Source: Brevibacterium luteolum (GTDB lineage: Bacteria > Actinomycetota > Actinomycetes > Actinomycetales > Brevibacteriaceae). Taken from it: DNA of 64,000 nucleotides. Position 1 is the first letter of the stretch, and each line of letters opens with the position of its first letter. This document shows positions 49,525-59,684 of the stretch, piece after piece. A program made the position numbers and the translations under genes. The stretch is from contig NZ_JABEMC010000002.1 of assembly GCF_013004595.1 (NCBI RefSeq), positions 186,001 through 250,000 of the forward strand. Reading direction: 5' to 3'. The notes under the pieces are model-generated. The model saw only the letters and a list, made by a program, of their open reading frames with translations. It searched no databases and was not told the DNA's origin.

Positions 49525-51018
49525 CTACTGGTCGCCGACCGGCCAGGTGTGCACCGGGGCACCGGTGGACTGGTGGCGGATGTAGAGCTCGAGCAGCCGT
49601 TTGAGGGCGTCGCGGCGCTCGGTCGTGTCCGGTTCGGTCAGCCGCGGTTTGAGCGCCATGAGGGTGCGCAGCTGCCAGGTCGCGCCGTTCTGCCGGGTGC
49701 GGGCGCGGGCTTCGATGATGTCCATGTACTCGTCGATGATCGCGGCATCGACGTCAAGCATCTGCAGGCCCTTGCGCGCCTGCGGCACAAGCGTGGTGCG
49801 GATGAGGTCGGCGACGTCGACGCGGCCGAGCTTGGGCCACAGGATCCGCGAGTACAGCCCGGAGCGGGCAGCGGCGAAGAAGTTCTTCTCCGCATCGGGA
49901 AACGACAGCCGTGACCACACCGGCCGGTTCTCCTCACCCATGTACTTCACCACGCCGTAGTAGAAGGCGGCATCAGCCACGAGGTCGGTGACCGTGGGCC
50001 CGGCCGGCAGCAGCCGGTTCTCCAGCCGCACATGGGCGAGATCGCCGTCGGCAGCGTAGATGGGCCGGTTCCAGCGCCACACCGTGCCGTTGTGCAGGTT
50101 GAGGTAGTGCAGGGCCGGAGAGCTGCCGAGCATCACCGGGGTGCCGGACTCCTCGCGGCTTTCGGGCAGCATCGGCGGGAAGTAGCGCACATTCTCCTCG
50201 AAGAGGTCGAAGACGCTGGTGATCCACCGTTCACCGAACCACACCCGCGGGCGCACTCCCTGGGTGACGAGCTCGGGGGTGCGAGTGTCGATCGATTGGG
50301 TGAAGACCGGGATGCGGTTCTCATGCCACAGCTTGTACCCGGCGAACAGCGGGGCGTTGGCGCTCAGCGCCACCTGGGCTGCGGCCATCGCCTGCGAGGC
50401 GTTCCAGGCGGTGGCGAACCGGTTGGGCGGGACCTGCAGGTGCAGCTGCATCGAGGTGCAGCTTGATTCGGGGGCGACATCGGTGAAGTCGTGCCGGTAG
50501 TACTCGCGGTCGTGGACCTCGATGCGCACAAGCTCACCGCGCATGTCGATGACGGCATTGCTCAGCGCCCGGTACCGGTTCTCATCGGTGACCCAGCTGG
50601 GGTCTTCGAGGAACTCAGTCGTCAGCGTCGGCAGCGTACCGATCATCGCGACCTTCGCGCCGTGCTCGGCTGCTGCGGCATGGGCCATGTCGAGGCGGGA
50701 CTGCACCCCGTCGTGCAGCTGTGTGAGGCCATCGCCCTGGACGGTGAGGACGGGATGGTTGAGCTCGATGTTGTAGGCGCCGATCTCAGATTGGAAGTCC
50801 GGATGGTCGATCGACTCGAGCACCTTGCGGTTGATCTTCGCCGGCTGCATGTCCGCATCGACGAGGTTGAGCTCGAGTTCGAGGCCGATCGTACCCTGGC
50901 TGGAGAACTCCGCCTCCTGCAGATACGAATCGAAGGTCTCCAGATCCGCATTCAGCTGCTCGCGGTACGTCGTCCGCTGCTCCGGCGAGTAGCGCTGCCG
51001 CGAAACGTCATCTCCCAT
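49525..51018 (-). CDS. Glutamate-cysteine ligase (GCS2)-fold protein
   Basis: IGLELELNL, SMQLHLQV, HNGTVWRWNRPIY and HVRLENRLLPAGPT motifs. Confidence 0.8.
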   Translation of the reverse strand: MGDDVSRQRYSPEQRTTYREQLNADLETFDSYLQEAEFSSQGTIGLELELNLVDADMQPAKINRKVLESIDHPDFQSEIGAYNIELNHPVLTVQGDGLTQLHDGVQSRLDMAHAAAAEHGAKVAMIGTLPTLTTEFLEDPSWVTDENRYRALSNAVIDMRGELVRIEVHDREYYRHDFTDVAPESSCTSMQLHLQVPPNRFATAWNASQAMAAAQVALSANAPLFAGYKLWHENRIPVFTQSIDTRTPELVTQGVRPRVWFGERWITSVFDLFEENVRYFPPMLPESREESGTPVMLGSSPALHYLNLHNGTVWRWNRPIYAADGDLAHVRLENRLLPAGPTVTDLVADAAFYYGVVKYMGEENRPVWSRLSFPDAEKNFFAAARSGLYSRILWPKLGRVDVADLIRTTLVPQARKGLQMLDVDAAIIDEYMDIIEARARTRQNGATWQLRTLMALKPRLTEPDTTERRDALKRLLELYIRHQSTGAPVHTWPVGDQ

Positions 51019-51110
51019 GGCTCAATGATACGTGCCGGAACCGCGCCTGGGCAGGCCTGCGGCATACAATGGTCCCGACTGGTACGCCGCTGTGTGGAAT
51101 TGAGGACTTC

Positions 51111-52271
51111 ATGACTGACCGCTCCGTCGACCTTACTGCTCTGCCCGATGCCGCCCAAACACGGCTGCCGCAGATGCTGACCGATCTGGAGCGGGTCATC
51201 ACCCTGGAGACTCCCTCGCAGGACCACGCCGCGGTCGCCGCCGGCGCCCGTGACCTCGCCGCGCTCATCGAGGAGCGGGTGGGCACCGCGCCCGAGGTGC
51301 TGGAGATCGATGGGGTGACGCACCTGCGCCTGCGGTTCGGTTCCGGACCGGTGAAGGTGGTGCTGCTGAATCACCAGGACACCGTGTGGCCGCACGGCAC
51401 GCTGGAGCGGCTGCCGTTCTCCGTCGCTGACGGGATCCTGCGCGGGCCGGGCAGCTTCGACATGCTCACCGGCACGATCATGAGCATCCACGCCACCGCG
51501 ATGCTGCTCGAACAGGCCGGAGACAGCTCAGCACTCGATGGACTCACGATCCTCATCACCGGTGACGAGGAGCTCGGCTCGACGACATCCTCCCAGCTCA
51601 TCCGCGACGAGGCCGCCGGCGCGCGGGCCGTCTACGTCATGGAGGCCTCGGCCGCAGGCTCCCTCAAGCTCGCCCGCAAGGGCACCTCGGACTACGAGGT
51701 CACCGTCCACGGCAAGGCCGCCCACGCCGGATTGGAACCGGAGAAGGGCGTCAACGCCGGTCTCGAACTCGCCCGCCTCATGCCGCTCATCGCCGAGATG
51801 GCCGATGACGAGAAGGGCACGACCGTCGTGCCGACGACGATCACCGCCGGCACCACTCCGAACACCGTGCCAGCCAAGGCAACGGTCCACGTCGATGTGC
51901 GCGCCCGGCTGACCTCGGAGCAGGAGCGCATCGATTCGGAGATGCGGGCCTTGAAGGCTGAGATGCCCGGCGCCGAGGTGGAGGTCACCGGTGGGATCAA
52001 CCGGCCGCCCTTCGAACGCGACGCCGCAGCCCACCTCTTCGACCGGGCCGTGGCGCTGGCCGGTGAGATCGGCATCGCCGAGCCGACCGGCACCGCTGTC
52101 GGCGGGGCCTCGGACGGCAACTTCACCGCCGGAGACGGCATCCCCACCCTCGACGGCCTCGGGGCCGTCGGCGATGGCGCGCATGCCGAGCACGAGCATG
52201 CGATCATCTCCGAGATCCCGCCGCGCACGGCACTGCTGGCAGCCCTCATCGCCGACCAGCTCGCCGACTGA
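51111..52271 (+). CDS. M20 metallopeptidase (carboxypeptidase G2-like)
   Basis: HQDTV, GDEELGS, GKAAHAG, GGASDGN and GAHAEHE motifs. Confidence 0.88.
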   Translation: MTDRSVDLTALPDAAQTRLPQMLTDLERVITLETPSQDHAAVAAGARDLAALIEERVGTAPEVLEIDGVTHLRLRFGSGPVKVVLLNHQDTVWPHGTLERLPFSVADGILRGPGSFDMLTGTIMSIHATAMLLEQAGDSSALDGLTILITGDEELGSTTSSQLIRDEAAGARAVYVMEASAAGSLKLARKGTSDYEVTVHGKAAHAGLEPEKGVNAGLELARLMPLIAEMADDEKGTTVVPTTITAGTTPNTVPAKATVHVDVRARLTSEQERIDSEMRALKAEMPGAEVEVTGGINRPPFERDAAAHLFDRAVALAGEIGIAEPTGTAVGGASDGNFTAGDGIPTLDGLGAVGDGAHAEHEHAIISEIPPRTALLAALIADQLAD

Positions 52272-52362
52272 ACCACCACCTCGGGACCGGCCTGCGACCG
52301 GCATCACACTCCATTGCTATGGTGGCGGTACCATCTGCCGCCGCGCCGCACGGGAGCCTGCT

Positions 52363-53484
52363 ATGAAACTGACCTCGCTGACCCTCCACCAGATCCGGCT
52401 GCCGCTCGTCAGCCCCTTCACCACCTCGTTCATGAGGGAGACGGAGAAGGACTGCTACCTCGTCGAGGCGCGCTTCGACACCGGCAGCGGCGAGGTCACC
52501 GGCTGGGGTGAGTCGGTGGCGATGGTCGGGCCGCTGTACTCCGATGAGTACACCGCAGGCGGCATCGCCGTCACCCGCGACTGGCTGGCACCGGCGCTGT
52601 TCGCAGTCGAGAACCTGACCGCCGAGACCGTCGGCTGGCACCTGCGCCACATCATCGGCCACCCGATGGCGAAGTCGGCGTTGGAGATGGCCGTCATCGA
52701 AGCGCAGCTGAAGGTGCAGAACCTGTCGTTCAAGGACTACCTCGGCGGTGTCGTCGACGAGATCCCCTCCGGAGTCTCGGTCGGCATCCAGGATTCGATC
52801 CCCGAACTGCTCGCCGCGATCGGCGGCTACCTCGATGAGGGGTATGCGCGCATCAAACTCAAGATCAAGCCCGGTGCCGACATCGAACCGGTAGCAGCGG
52901 TGCGCCGCGAGTTCGGTGATGACTTCCTCTTCCAGGTCGACGCGAACGCCGCCTACACGCTCGTCGACGCCAACCACCTCAAGCAGCTCGACGACTACGG
53001 TCTGCTGCTCATCGAACAGCCCCTCGGCGAGGCCGACATCCGCCAGCACGCCCAGCTGGCCAAGCTCATGGACACCCCGATGTGCCTCGATGAGTCGATC
53101 GTCTCCGCAGAAGCGGCTGCCGATGCCATCAGCCTGGGCGCCACCTCGGTCATCAACATCAAGCCCGGCCGGGTGGGCGGCTACATCGAAGCCAAGCGCA
53201 TCCACGATCTGTGCCGCGCGCACGGCGTGGCCGTCTGGCACGGCGGCATGGTCGAAACCGGACTGGGGCGCGCCGCGAATGCTGCAATGGCGTCGCTGCC
53301 TGGCTTCACGCTGCCGGGTGATGTGTCCGGTTCGAAGCGGTTCTTCCACGAGGACATCACCGAGGAGATCGTCATGCACGACGGTGTCGTCGATGTGCCG
53401 AGAGGCCCCGGTTTCGGTGTGACGATCGACCCGGGCCAGCTGGAGAAGTTCCGCGTCGCCGAATACACCATCACGCCCGACTGA
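52363..53484 (+). CDS. menC: o-succinylbenzoate synthase / N-succinylamino acid racemase (NSAR/OSBS subfamily)
   Basis: RIKLKIKP, VDANAAY, IEQP, LDES, NIKPGRVGG and LPGDVSGS motifs. Confidence 0.8.
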   Translation: MKLTSLTLHQIRLPLVSPFTTSFMRETEKDCYLVEARFDTGSGEVTGWGESVAMVGPLYSDEYTAGGIAVTRDWLAPALFAVENLTAETVGWHLRHIIGHPMAKSALEMAVIEAQLKVQNLSFKDYLGGVVDEIPSGVSVGIQDSIPELLAAIGGYLDEGYARIKLKIKPGADIEPVAAVRREFGDDFLFQVDANAAYTLVDANHLKQLDDYGLLLIEQPLGEADIRQHAQLAKLMDTPMCLDESIVSAEAAADAISLGATSVINIKPGRVGGYIEAKRIHDLCRAHGVAVWHGGMVETGLGRAANAAMASLPGFTLPGDVSGSKRFFHEDITEEIVMHDGVVDVPRGPGFGVTIDPGQLEKFRVAEYTITPD

Positions 53485-53492
53485 CATACACA

Positions 53493-53530
53493 GCGGCCGG
53501 CCACCGGGATCCTTCCCTGTGGCCGGCCGC
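53493..53530. terminator. Hairpin between convergent genes
   Basis: GCGGCCGGCCAC...GTGGCCGGCCGC. Confidence 0.6.
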
Positions 53531-53552
53531 ATTCGTGTGCAGTGAGGGGCGC

Positions 53553-54011
53553 TCAGCCCTTGGGGATCGGCGGGCCGAGGAACAGCAGCACCCCGAAGAG
53601 ACAGGCGACGCCGACGAAGCCGACGACGAGTGCGGCGAACGGGCGGCGGATCGCCCAGTCGCACCAGCCTTCGAAGAAGTTCCGCGGTTCGCGCTTGCCC
53701 GCGCCGAGCTCCCAGGAGCCGTCGAGCAGTCCGGCCCGGCGGGCGTGGATCTCGAACGGGATCGTGGCATACGGGATGATCGCCGAGAGCAGGCCGGAGG
53801 CGATCTGCCCGGCCCTCCACCTCTGAGAGGTGCCGATGAGCACCGTGACGACGCAGTAGGTGAGGAACACGAATCCGTGGATGCCGCCGCCGATGCGCAC
53901 ACCGAGTTCGGTGGAGTGGGTGACGTATTTGAGGATCATGCCGGCGATGAGCAGGGTCCAGGTGATGGCCTCGGCGATCGCGAACGTGGTGAAGAGCTTC
54001 TTGGGAGTCAC
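53553..54011 (-). CDS. DUF3817-like membrane protein
   Basis: AIAEAITW.LL, GGIHG.VFL.Y and SAIIPYATIPFE motifs. Confidence 0.75.
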   Translation of the reverse strand: MTPKKLFTTFAIAEAITWTLLIAGMILKYVTHSTELGVRIGGGIHGFVFLTYCVVTVLIGTSQRWRAGQIASGLLSAIIPYATIPFEIHARRAGLLDGSWELGAGKREPRNFFEGWCDWAIRRPFAALVVGFVGVACLFGVLLFLGPPIPKG

Positions 54012-54048
54012 CCGACCATTGTGCCGAAGCAGTCTGAGTGAATGCGCA

Positions 54049-54080
54049 ACAGGGCCGGTGGCGTGTGCCACCGGCCCTGT
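54049..54080 (-). terminator. Perfect hairpin after the M28 peptidase gene
   Basis: ACAGGGCCGGTGGC-GTGT-GCCACCGGCCCTGT. Confidence 0.65.
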
Positions 54081-54121
54081 GCTCTCAGCTGAGGGATCTC
54101 AGCTGATCATCAGGTGTCCGA

Positions 54122-56110
54122 TCAGAGGCTGGACTTCCGGCGCAGGGTTGCGGCGGTGATGCCGATGCCTGCGATCAGCAGTGCAGCAGCGCCCCAGACG
54201 AGCGGTCCGGCTTCGCTGCCGGTGCGCGGCAGCTTGCCCTTGTCGTCCTTGCCCTTGTCGTCTTCGCCGCCCTTGCCGTCGTCGTCCTTGACATCGCCGA
54301 CGGTGAAGGTGCCGGTGAGGTCGTCGCCGCCGTCGCAGGCAACGCGGACATCGTAGGTGCCGACGTAGCTGTTCGGGCGATCGGCGTTGACGCCGTGGAC
54401 GGCGAAGGTGACGTTGCCGTCCTCATCCACGGTGGCAGTGTCCTCGTGCTTGAGGACGTCGATGCCGCGGGCTTCGACGGTCAGCTTGGCCTCGGTGCCC
54501 GGGGTGCAGCCGGTCGCCATGATGGTGACGCCCTTGTCCTCTTTGACGAAGTCAGCCGGGGAGATCTGCTCAGGCTTGACGGTCAGTCCGCGTTCGGCCG
54601 GAGCGTCGTCATCCTTGCCGCCATCCTCATCGCCGTTGTCGTCGTCTTCATCTTCGAGGTTGTAGGCGAGGGTGTGGGCGGCGAAGGCCATCGCGGGAGC
54701 GAAGATGCCAAGCGATTCCTGGTTGACGTTCTCCAGGTTGTCTTCCGGCGTGTGGTAGTAGCGGTCGCGCGGGACGCCGGCGGTGCCGCCGAACTTCTTG
54801 ACGTCTTCCTCAGTCTTGATGCCGTCGGCACCGGAGAACAGACCGGAGACCGGGACACCGTTGTCGATGAAGGCCTGGTAATCCGAACGGCCCGAGAACT
54901 CGGTGCCGATGTGCAGCTGACCCTTGTCATCGAAGTAGTCGGTGAAGATCTTCTCCAGCTCAGCCGAGCCCTCCGGAACGGTGACGCCGTCCGGGATCTT
55001 CACGTCCGAACCATCGGAGTCAAGCGTGCCGACGACGTAGTTCTCCGAGCCGATCATGTCGTAGTTGAGGTACGCCTTGATCTTCTTGAGCTCTTCAGGG
55101 TTGTTCTGCGCGAGGTCGTTGACGTAGTGGGTCGAGCCGACGAGACCGACTTCCTCTGCAACCCAGAATCCGAACCGGACCTTGTTGTCGACCTCGTAGT
55201 CGAGCCCGGCCATGCCCTCTGCAACAGCGAGGAGCCCGGCCACGCCGGAGGCGTTGTCGTTGACGCCCGGGCCCTCAGGCACACCATCGAGGTGGGCGCC
55301 CATCATCTGGACGTTGTCCGGGTCGCCGGCCTTGGTCTCGGCCATGACGTTCCAGGTCTTGACAGTCTCGAAGGTCGTCTCGACCGTCATGTCAGCGGTG
55401 ACCGCGGTCTTCGGGCCCTCCGGGTCGACGGCCTTGATCTTCTCGACCAGGGCATCGCCCTCGGCCTTGCTCAGCGCACCGGCGGGGGCATTGCCCTCGA
55501 CGCGATCGCCGGCGGTGAAGTTGCTGGCGCCATCTTGGTTGTTGTAGATGATGACGCCGGCCGCTCCGGCCTTGCTCGCGTTGGTGATCTTGTCGCCGAA
55601 GGCGCATTCGCCGCGCTGGATGAGGACGATGGTTTTCTTATTGTCCTCGGTGAAGGCCTCACCGGAGCAGCCCAGCCCGGCGTTGTCAGCTGCACCAGCT
55701 GGCAGCGTCATCGGAACGTCCGTGAGCGGCTCCTCGGTGCCTTCGGCGTTCGAGATCGTGCCGAAGTCCTTCTGCTCCACGCCGTTGACGCTCAGGCTGA
55801 CCTCGTCGAAGGTCTGCCGCGGGAGATCGAACTCCTGACGCTCAACCTCGAAGCCGGCTTCCTTCATGACGCCTTCGACGTACTCGGAGGCCTCTTCATA
55901 GCCCTTGGTGCCGAGCGCGCGGTATCCATCCTCCTTGTTGGCCTCGGAGATCTCGTTGAGCTCGGTGAGGTGCTTGAACACCTGGTCACCGGTCACACCC
56001 ATATCGGTGTGCTCTGTCACTGGAGCGGCCATTGCCGGGGAGGTCATCCCCAGACCGAGCGCCGCTGCGGCCGTAACCGCTACTGCGGCGCGTGCCAATC
56101 GATTCGACAT
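54122..56110 (-). CDS. Secreted M28 aminopeptidase with PA domain and LPXTG cell-wall anchor
   Basis: Signal peptide, GAHLD, GVNDNASG, AEEVGL, NYDMIG and YHT motifs. C-terminal LPRTG, TM and RRK tail. Confidence 0.9.
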   Translation of the reverse strand: MSNRLARAAVAVTAAAALGLGMTSPAMAAPVTEHTDMGVTGDQVFKHLTELNEISEANKEDGYRALGTKGYEEASEYVEGVMKEAGFEVERQEFDLPRQTFDEVSLSVNGVEQKDFGTISNAEGTEEPLTDVPMTLPAGAADNAGLGCSGEAFTEDNKKTIVLIQRGECAFGDKITNASKAGAAGVIIYNNQDGASNFTAGDRVEGNAPAGALSKAEGDALVEKIKAVDPEGPKTAVTADMTVETTFETVKTWNVMAETKAGDPDNVQMMGAHLDGVPEGPGVNDNASGVAGLLAVAEGMAGLDYEVDNKVRFGFWVAEEVGLVGSTHYVNDLAQNNPEELKKIKAYLNYDMIGSENYVVGTLDSDGSDVKIPDGVTVPEGSAELEKIFTDYFDDKGQLHIGTEFSGRSDYQAFIDNGVPVSGLFSGADGIKTEEDVKKFGGTAGVPRDRYYHTPEDNLENVNQESLGIFAPAMAFAAHTLAYNLEDEDDDNGDEDGGKDDDAPAERGLTVKPEQISPADFVKEDKGVTIMATGCTPGTEAKLTVEARGIDVLKHEDTATVDEDGNVTFAVHGVNADRPNSYVGTYDVRVACDGGDDLTGTFTVGDVKDDDGKGGEDDKGKDDKGKLPRTGSEAGPLVWGAAALLIAGIGITAATLRRKSSL

Positions 56111-56160
56111 AACAACCTTTCGGTCCATCTGACGGTGCTGCACCTCGGTGTGCCTCACCC

Positions 56161-56248
56161 CGTGATAGTCATCACACAATGCAACACATTATTACAGTTC
56201 TCTGCACGTTTGGTAACGGAATGATAACGACAGTAACGGCTCGGTAAC
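56161..56248. promoter_or_regulatory. CRP-like site plus GTAAC direct repeats upstream of the M28 gene
   Basis: CGTGA-N6-TCACA (56161-56176), GTAAC-N6-ATAAC (56213-56228) and GTAAC-N6-GTAAC (56233-56248). Confidence 0.5.
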
Positions 56249-56370
56249 GAAAACCCCCGAGATCCGCGGATGCACGCGGAATCCGGGCGTTCAGAAAGCA
56301 CACAGAAATATTCTTTTGCTCATCTGCGCAAGTGTTGTACATACAAACGTTTGCGCCTATCATTGAACGT

Positions 56371-57471
56371 ATGCCTGACACCCGCGCCGCCGTGCCCGCT
56401 GAGCCGAGCCCTGCCCTCATCCGGCAATGGCAGCGGCACCTGGCCAATGAGCGCCTCGAAGAGCGCGTTTACCGCAAGCTCGCCGCCCGCAAGCAGGGTG
56501 AGGAGCGCGAGATCCTGCTCGCCATCGCCGATGCCGAGCGCCGCCACCAGCAGCACTGGATCGACCTCCTCGGCGAGCACGCCGAGCACCGCCGCGCCCC
56601 GGACCTGAGCACCCGCATCCTGTCCCTGCTCGGCAGCATCTTCGGCTCCGTCTTCATCCTCGCGCTCATCCAGCAGCAGGAGACCTCCAGCCCGTACGAC
56701 ACCGACCAGTACGCCAGCGACCAGATGGCCGCCGATGAGAAGGTCCACGCCGAGGTCGTGCGCGCCCTGGCAGCGAAGTCCCGCGCCCGCCTGTCAGGCA
56801 ACTTCCGCGCCGCCGTCTTTGGCGCCAACGACGGACTCGTCTCCAACCTCGCCCTCGTCCTCGGCGTGGGAGCTGCCGGCATGTCGAATCCGGTCATCCT
56901 GCTCACCGGGATCTCCGGTCTGCTCGCCGGAGCCCTTTCGATGGGAGCTGGTGAGTACATCTCGGTGCGCAGCCAGCGCGAGCTGCTCGAGGCCTCCCAG
57001 CCGGTCCGCCAGCCAGCCGAAGCACTGGCCTCACTCGACTTCGACGCCAATGAGCTCGCGCTCGTCTACCGCGCCCGCGGCTACGACGAGGATGAGGCAC
57101 TGGCCAAGGCGCAGCGCACCCTCGCCCGCGCCCACGGCGGCACCCTGCCCTCCCACACCGCGCCAACCGGCAAGGAGAACGAACACGAGGAGCTCGGCAC
57201 CGGCATCGGTGCGGCGGCCTCCTCGTTCTGCTTCTTCGCCTCGGGGGCGATCGTGCCGATCCTGCCCTACATCTTCGGCATGCACGGCATGCCGGCGATC
57301 CTCACTGCCGCCGGCCTCGTCGGCGTTGCGCTGCTGGGCACCGGCGGCACCGTCGGCGTGCTCTCCGGCCGCCCGCCGCTGCCGCGCGCGCTGCGCCAGC
57401 TGGCGATCGGCTTCGGCGCGGCCGCTGCGACCTATCTGCTCGGCCTGGCCTTCGGCACGACGCTGAGCTGA
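56371..57471 (+). CDS. VIT1/CCC1 iron/manganese transporter with N-terminal ferritin-like domain
   Basis: ExxH motifs, RAAVFGANDGLVSN and SMGAGEYISV. Confidence 0.88.
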   Translation: MPDTRAAVPAEPSPALIRQWQRHLANERLEERVYRKLAARKQGEEREILLAIADAERRHQQHWIDLLGEHAEHRRAPDLSTRILSLLGSIFGSVFILALIQQQETSSPYDTDQYASDQMAADEKVHAEVVRALAAKSRARLSGNFRAAVFGANDGLVSNLALVLGVGAAGMSNPVILLTGISGLLAGALSMGAGEYISVRSQRELLEASQPVRQPAEALASLDFDANELALVYRARGYDEDEALAKAQRTLARAHGGTLPSHTAPTGKENEHEELGTGIGAAASSFCFFASGAIVPILPYIFGMHGMPAILTAAGLVGVALLGTGGTVGVLSGRPPLPRALRQLAIGFGAAAATYLLGLAFGTTLS

Positions 57472-57542
57472 CACCTCGGGCGCGGATGTCAGCAGCTGAA
57501 CGGCGGGCCAGCCCACCGGTGCCAAGTGATTTAATTGAGGGC

Positions 57543-58529
57543 ATGACCCTCACCCATTCCCTGGCCCTCATCGACGTCGCAGCCGGCACGCACGAGCTGG
57601 CCGACCTCGCGGCGGCCCACCTGCCGGTCGATGACCTCTCGGCCCACCGCGGTGACGGGATCTTCGAGACCGTGCTCGTCACCATCACCGACGGCGCACC
57701 GTCGGTCAAGGCCCGGCGGCTGCACTTCGACCGGTTCCGCGGCTCGGCCCGCGCCCTTCAGCTGCCGGTGCCCGTGCCCGAGGTGTGGGACGCCGCTGTC
57801 GACGACGTCGCCCGCGCTGTCATCGCCGCCAACCCCGCGGTCACCGAATTCAGTGTCCGCTACACGCTCTCGCGCGGACTCGACGCCCCGCGCGGCTGGG
57901 TCATGTCGATCTCCCTGCCCGAGGCGTACCCCGCCCAGCGCCGGGAGGGGGCCGACTTCATCAGCCTCGACCGCGGCTTCGAGGCCTACACCGGGCAAAC
58001 CGCGCCCTGGCTGCTGCTCGGCGCCAAAACCCTGTCCTATGCCGCGAATATGGCAGCGACCCGCTGGGCGCAGGAGCACGGCGCCGATGACGGGCTGTTC
58101 ATCAGCCGCGACGGCCTCATCCTCGAAGGCCCGACCTCGAATGTCATCATCCGCCGCGGCCACGAGCTGCTCACCCCGGACCCGAAGGCCGGGCTGCTGC
58201 ACGGCACCACCCAGCAGACGATCTTCGCCGCCGCTGCCGAGCACGGCTACCTGTGCTCATATGCCGACCTCACCCGCGATGACCTGCTCACCGCCGACGG
58301 GGCGTGGATGGTCTCCTCGGCCCGCGTTGCAGTGCCGTTCCGCAGCCTCGACGGGGAGGCAGTGACGATGGACCCCGAACTCACCGGGCAGATGTTCGAC
58401 TGGGTGACCGGCGCCCCTGATGACGGGACTGCAGGTGATGCCGCGGCTGGAACCGACACGACGGCTGGAACCGACACGACGGCTGGCATCACTGCCGCAG
58501 ACGGTCAGCCGCAAGCAGACACGCCATGA
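57543..58529 (+). CDS. Aminotransferase class IV, probable 4-amino-4-deoxychorismate lyase
   Basis: RGDGIFET, AKTLSYA, EGPTSNV and LLHGTTQ motifs. Confidence 0.8.
   Translation: MTLTHSLALIDVAAGTHELADLAAAHLPVDDLSAHRGDGIFETVLVTITDGAPSVKARRLHFDRFRGSARALQLPVPVPEVWDAAVDDVARAVIAANPAVTEFSVRYTLSRGLDAPRGWVMSISLPEAYPAQRREGADFISLDRGFEAYTGQTAPWLLLGAKTLSYAANMAATRWAQEHGADDGLFISRDGLILEGPTSNVIIRRGHELLTPDPKAGLLHGTTQQTIFAAAAEHGYLCSYADLTRDDLLTADGAWMVSSARVAVPFRSLDGEAVTMDPELTGQMFDWVTGAPDDGTAGDAAAGTDTTAGTDTTAGITAADGQPQADTP
58445..58486 (+). repeat. 18-bp in-frame tandem repeat (AGTDTT x2)
   Basis: GGCTGGAACCGACACGAC repeated. Confidence 0.8.
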
Positions 58530-59287
58530 CGGTCGGCGCGATTCTCTTCGGGCTGCTGACCGGTTCGGTCATCGGACTCACCGGCGGCGGCGGGGCGATC
58601 GTCGCCGTGCCGGCGCTCGTCTACGGCCTCGGCATGCCGATGGCCAAGGCGGTGCCGACCTCGCTCATCGTCGTCGCCTCCTCCTCGATCGTCGGCGTTC
58701 TGCCGCGGCTGCGCTCGAAGATGGTCGACTGGACGACCGCCGGCACGATCGGCGTCACCGGCATGCTCACCGCGATCGTCGGGGCCCGGGTGCACGACAT
58801 GTTCCCCGAGAAGGGCCTCATGATCGCCTTCGGCGTCCTCATGCTCATCGCTGCGATCCGCATGTTCATGCCGATGCCCTACATCGACCCCGACACCGGA
58901 GCGTTCACCGGCCGGCGGTTCGCCAAGGGCATCGCCGTCGGTGCCGTCGTCGGGTTCCTCACCGGCCTGCTCGGCGTTGGTGGCGGGTTCCTCATCGTCC
59001 CGGCACTCACGATCCTCATGCGCGTGCCGATGCACATCGCCGTCGGCACCTCCCTGGCCGTCGTCGCGCTCAACTCGATCGCCGGAGCCATCGGCTACTT
59101 TGACCGGCTGCCCGCGATCGACTGGCCAATGGCCATCACCTACACCGTGTGCGCAATGACCGCGGCGCTGGTGGCCGGTCAGCTTGGCCGGAAGCTGCCG
59201 AACAACATCGTCCGCTACGGCTTCGCCACCCTCGTCGTCCTGCTCGCCGGGTTCGTGTTCTTTGAGACCTTCGTCCTGCAAAGCTAG
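58526..59287 (+). CDS. Sulfite exporter TauE/SafE family
   Basis: Two repeats of GLxGxGGG...VPAL...AVxTSL. Confidence 0.88.
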   Translation: MTVGAILFGLLTGSVIGLTGGGGAIVAVPALVYGLGMPMAKAVPTSLIVVASSSIVGVLPRLRSKMVDWTTAGTIGVTGMLTAIVGARVHDMFPEKGLMIAFGVLMLIAAIRMFMPMPYIDPDTGAFTGRRFAKGIAVGAVVGFLTGLLGVGGGFLIVPALTILMRVPMHIAVGTSLAVVALNSIAGAIGYFDRLPAIDWPMAITYTVCAMTAALVAGQLGRKLPNNIVRYGFATLVVLLAGFVFFETFVLQS

Positions 59288-59375
59288 GGACACGTGACCC
59301 GGACACGGACTGTGGCGGTAGGCTAGGACACAGCAGTCCCGTAACAGACCTCAGATCCGCAAGGGAGATGGAGAC

Positions 59376-59669
59376 ATGGGCAAGATCGCTTGGCAGATCC
59401 TCGGTGTCGGCGGCACCGCACTGGCAACGCTGGCCGCACGCAAGGCACTGGGCATCGTGTGGGAGAAGACCACCTCGAAGCCGGTGCCGATCAACACCGA
59501 AGACGACCAGGTCGGCCTGAGCGAGGCCCTGGCCTGGACGATCATCTCCGGCGTCGGCATCGCCGTCGCCCAGCTCGTCGTGCAGCGCTACGCTGCATCA
59601 GCCGTGCGCAACCGCTTCGGTGAGACCGCACTGCCCAAGAAGCTGCAGAAGGGCGCCGACGTCGACTGA
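59376..59669 (+). CDS. DUF4235-like small membrane protein
   Basis: KIAWQ...WEKTT..P...EALAW pattern. RBS GGAG. Confidence 0.7.
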   Translation: MGKIAWQILGVGGTALATLAARKALGIVWEKTTSKPVPINTEDDQVGLSEALAWTIISGVGIAVAQLVVQRYAASAVRNRFGETALPKKLQKGADVD

Positions 59670-59684
59670 GACACCGGCACCTGA

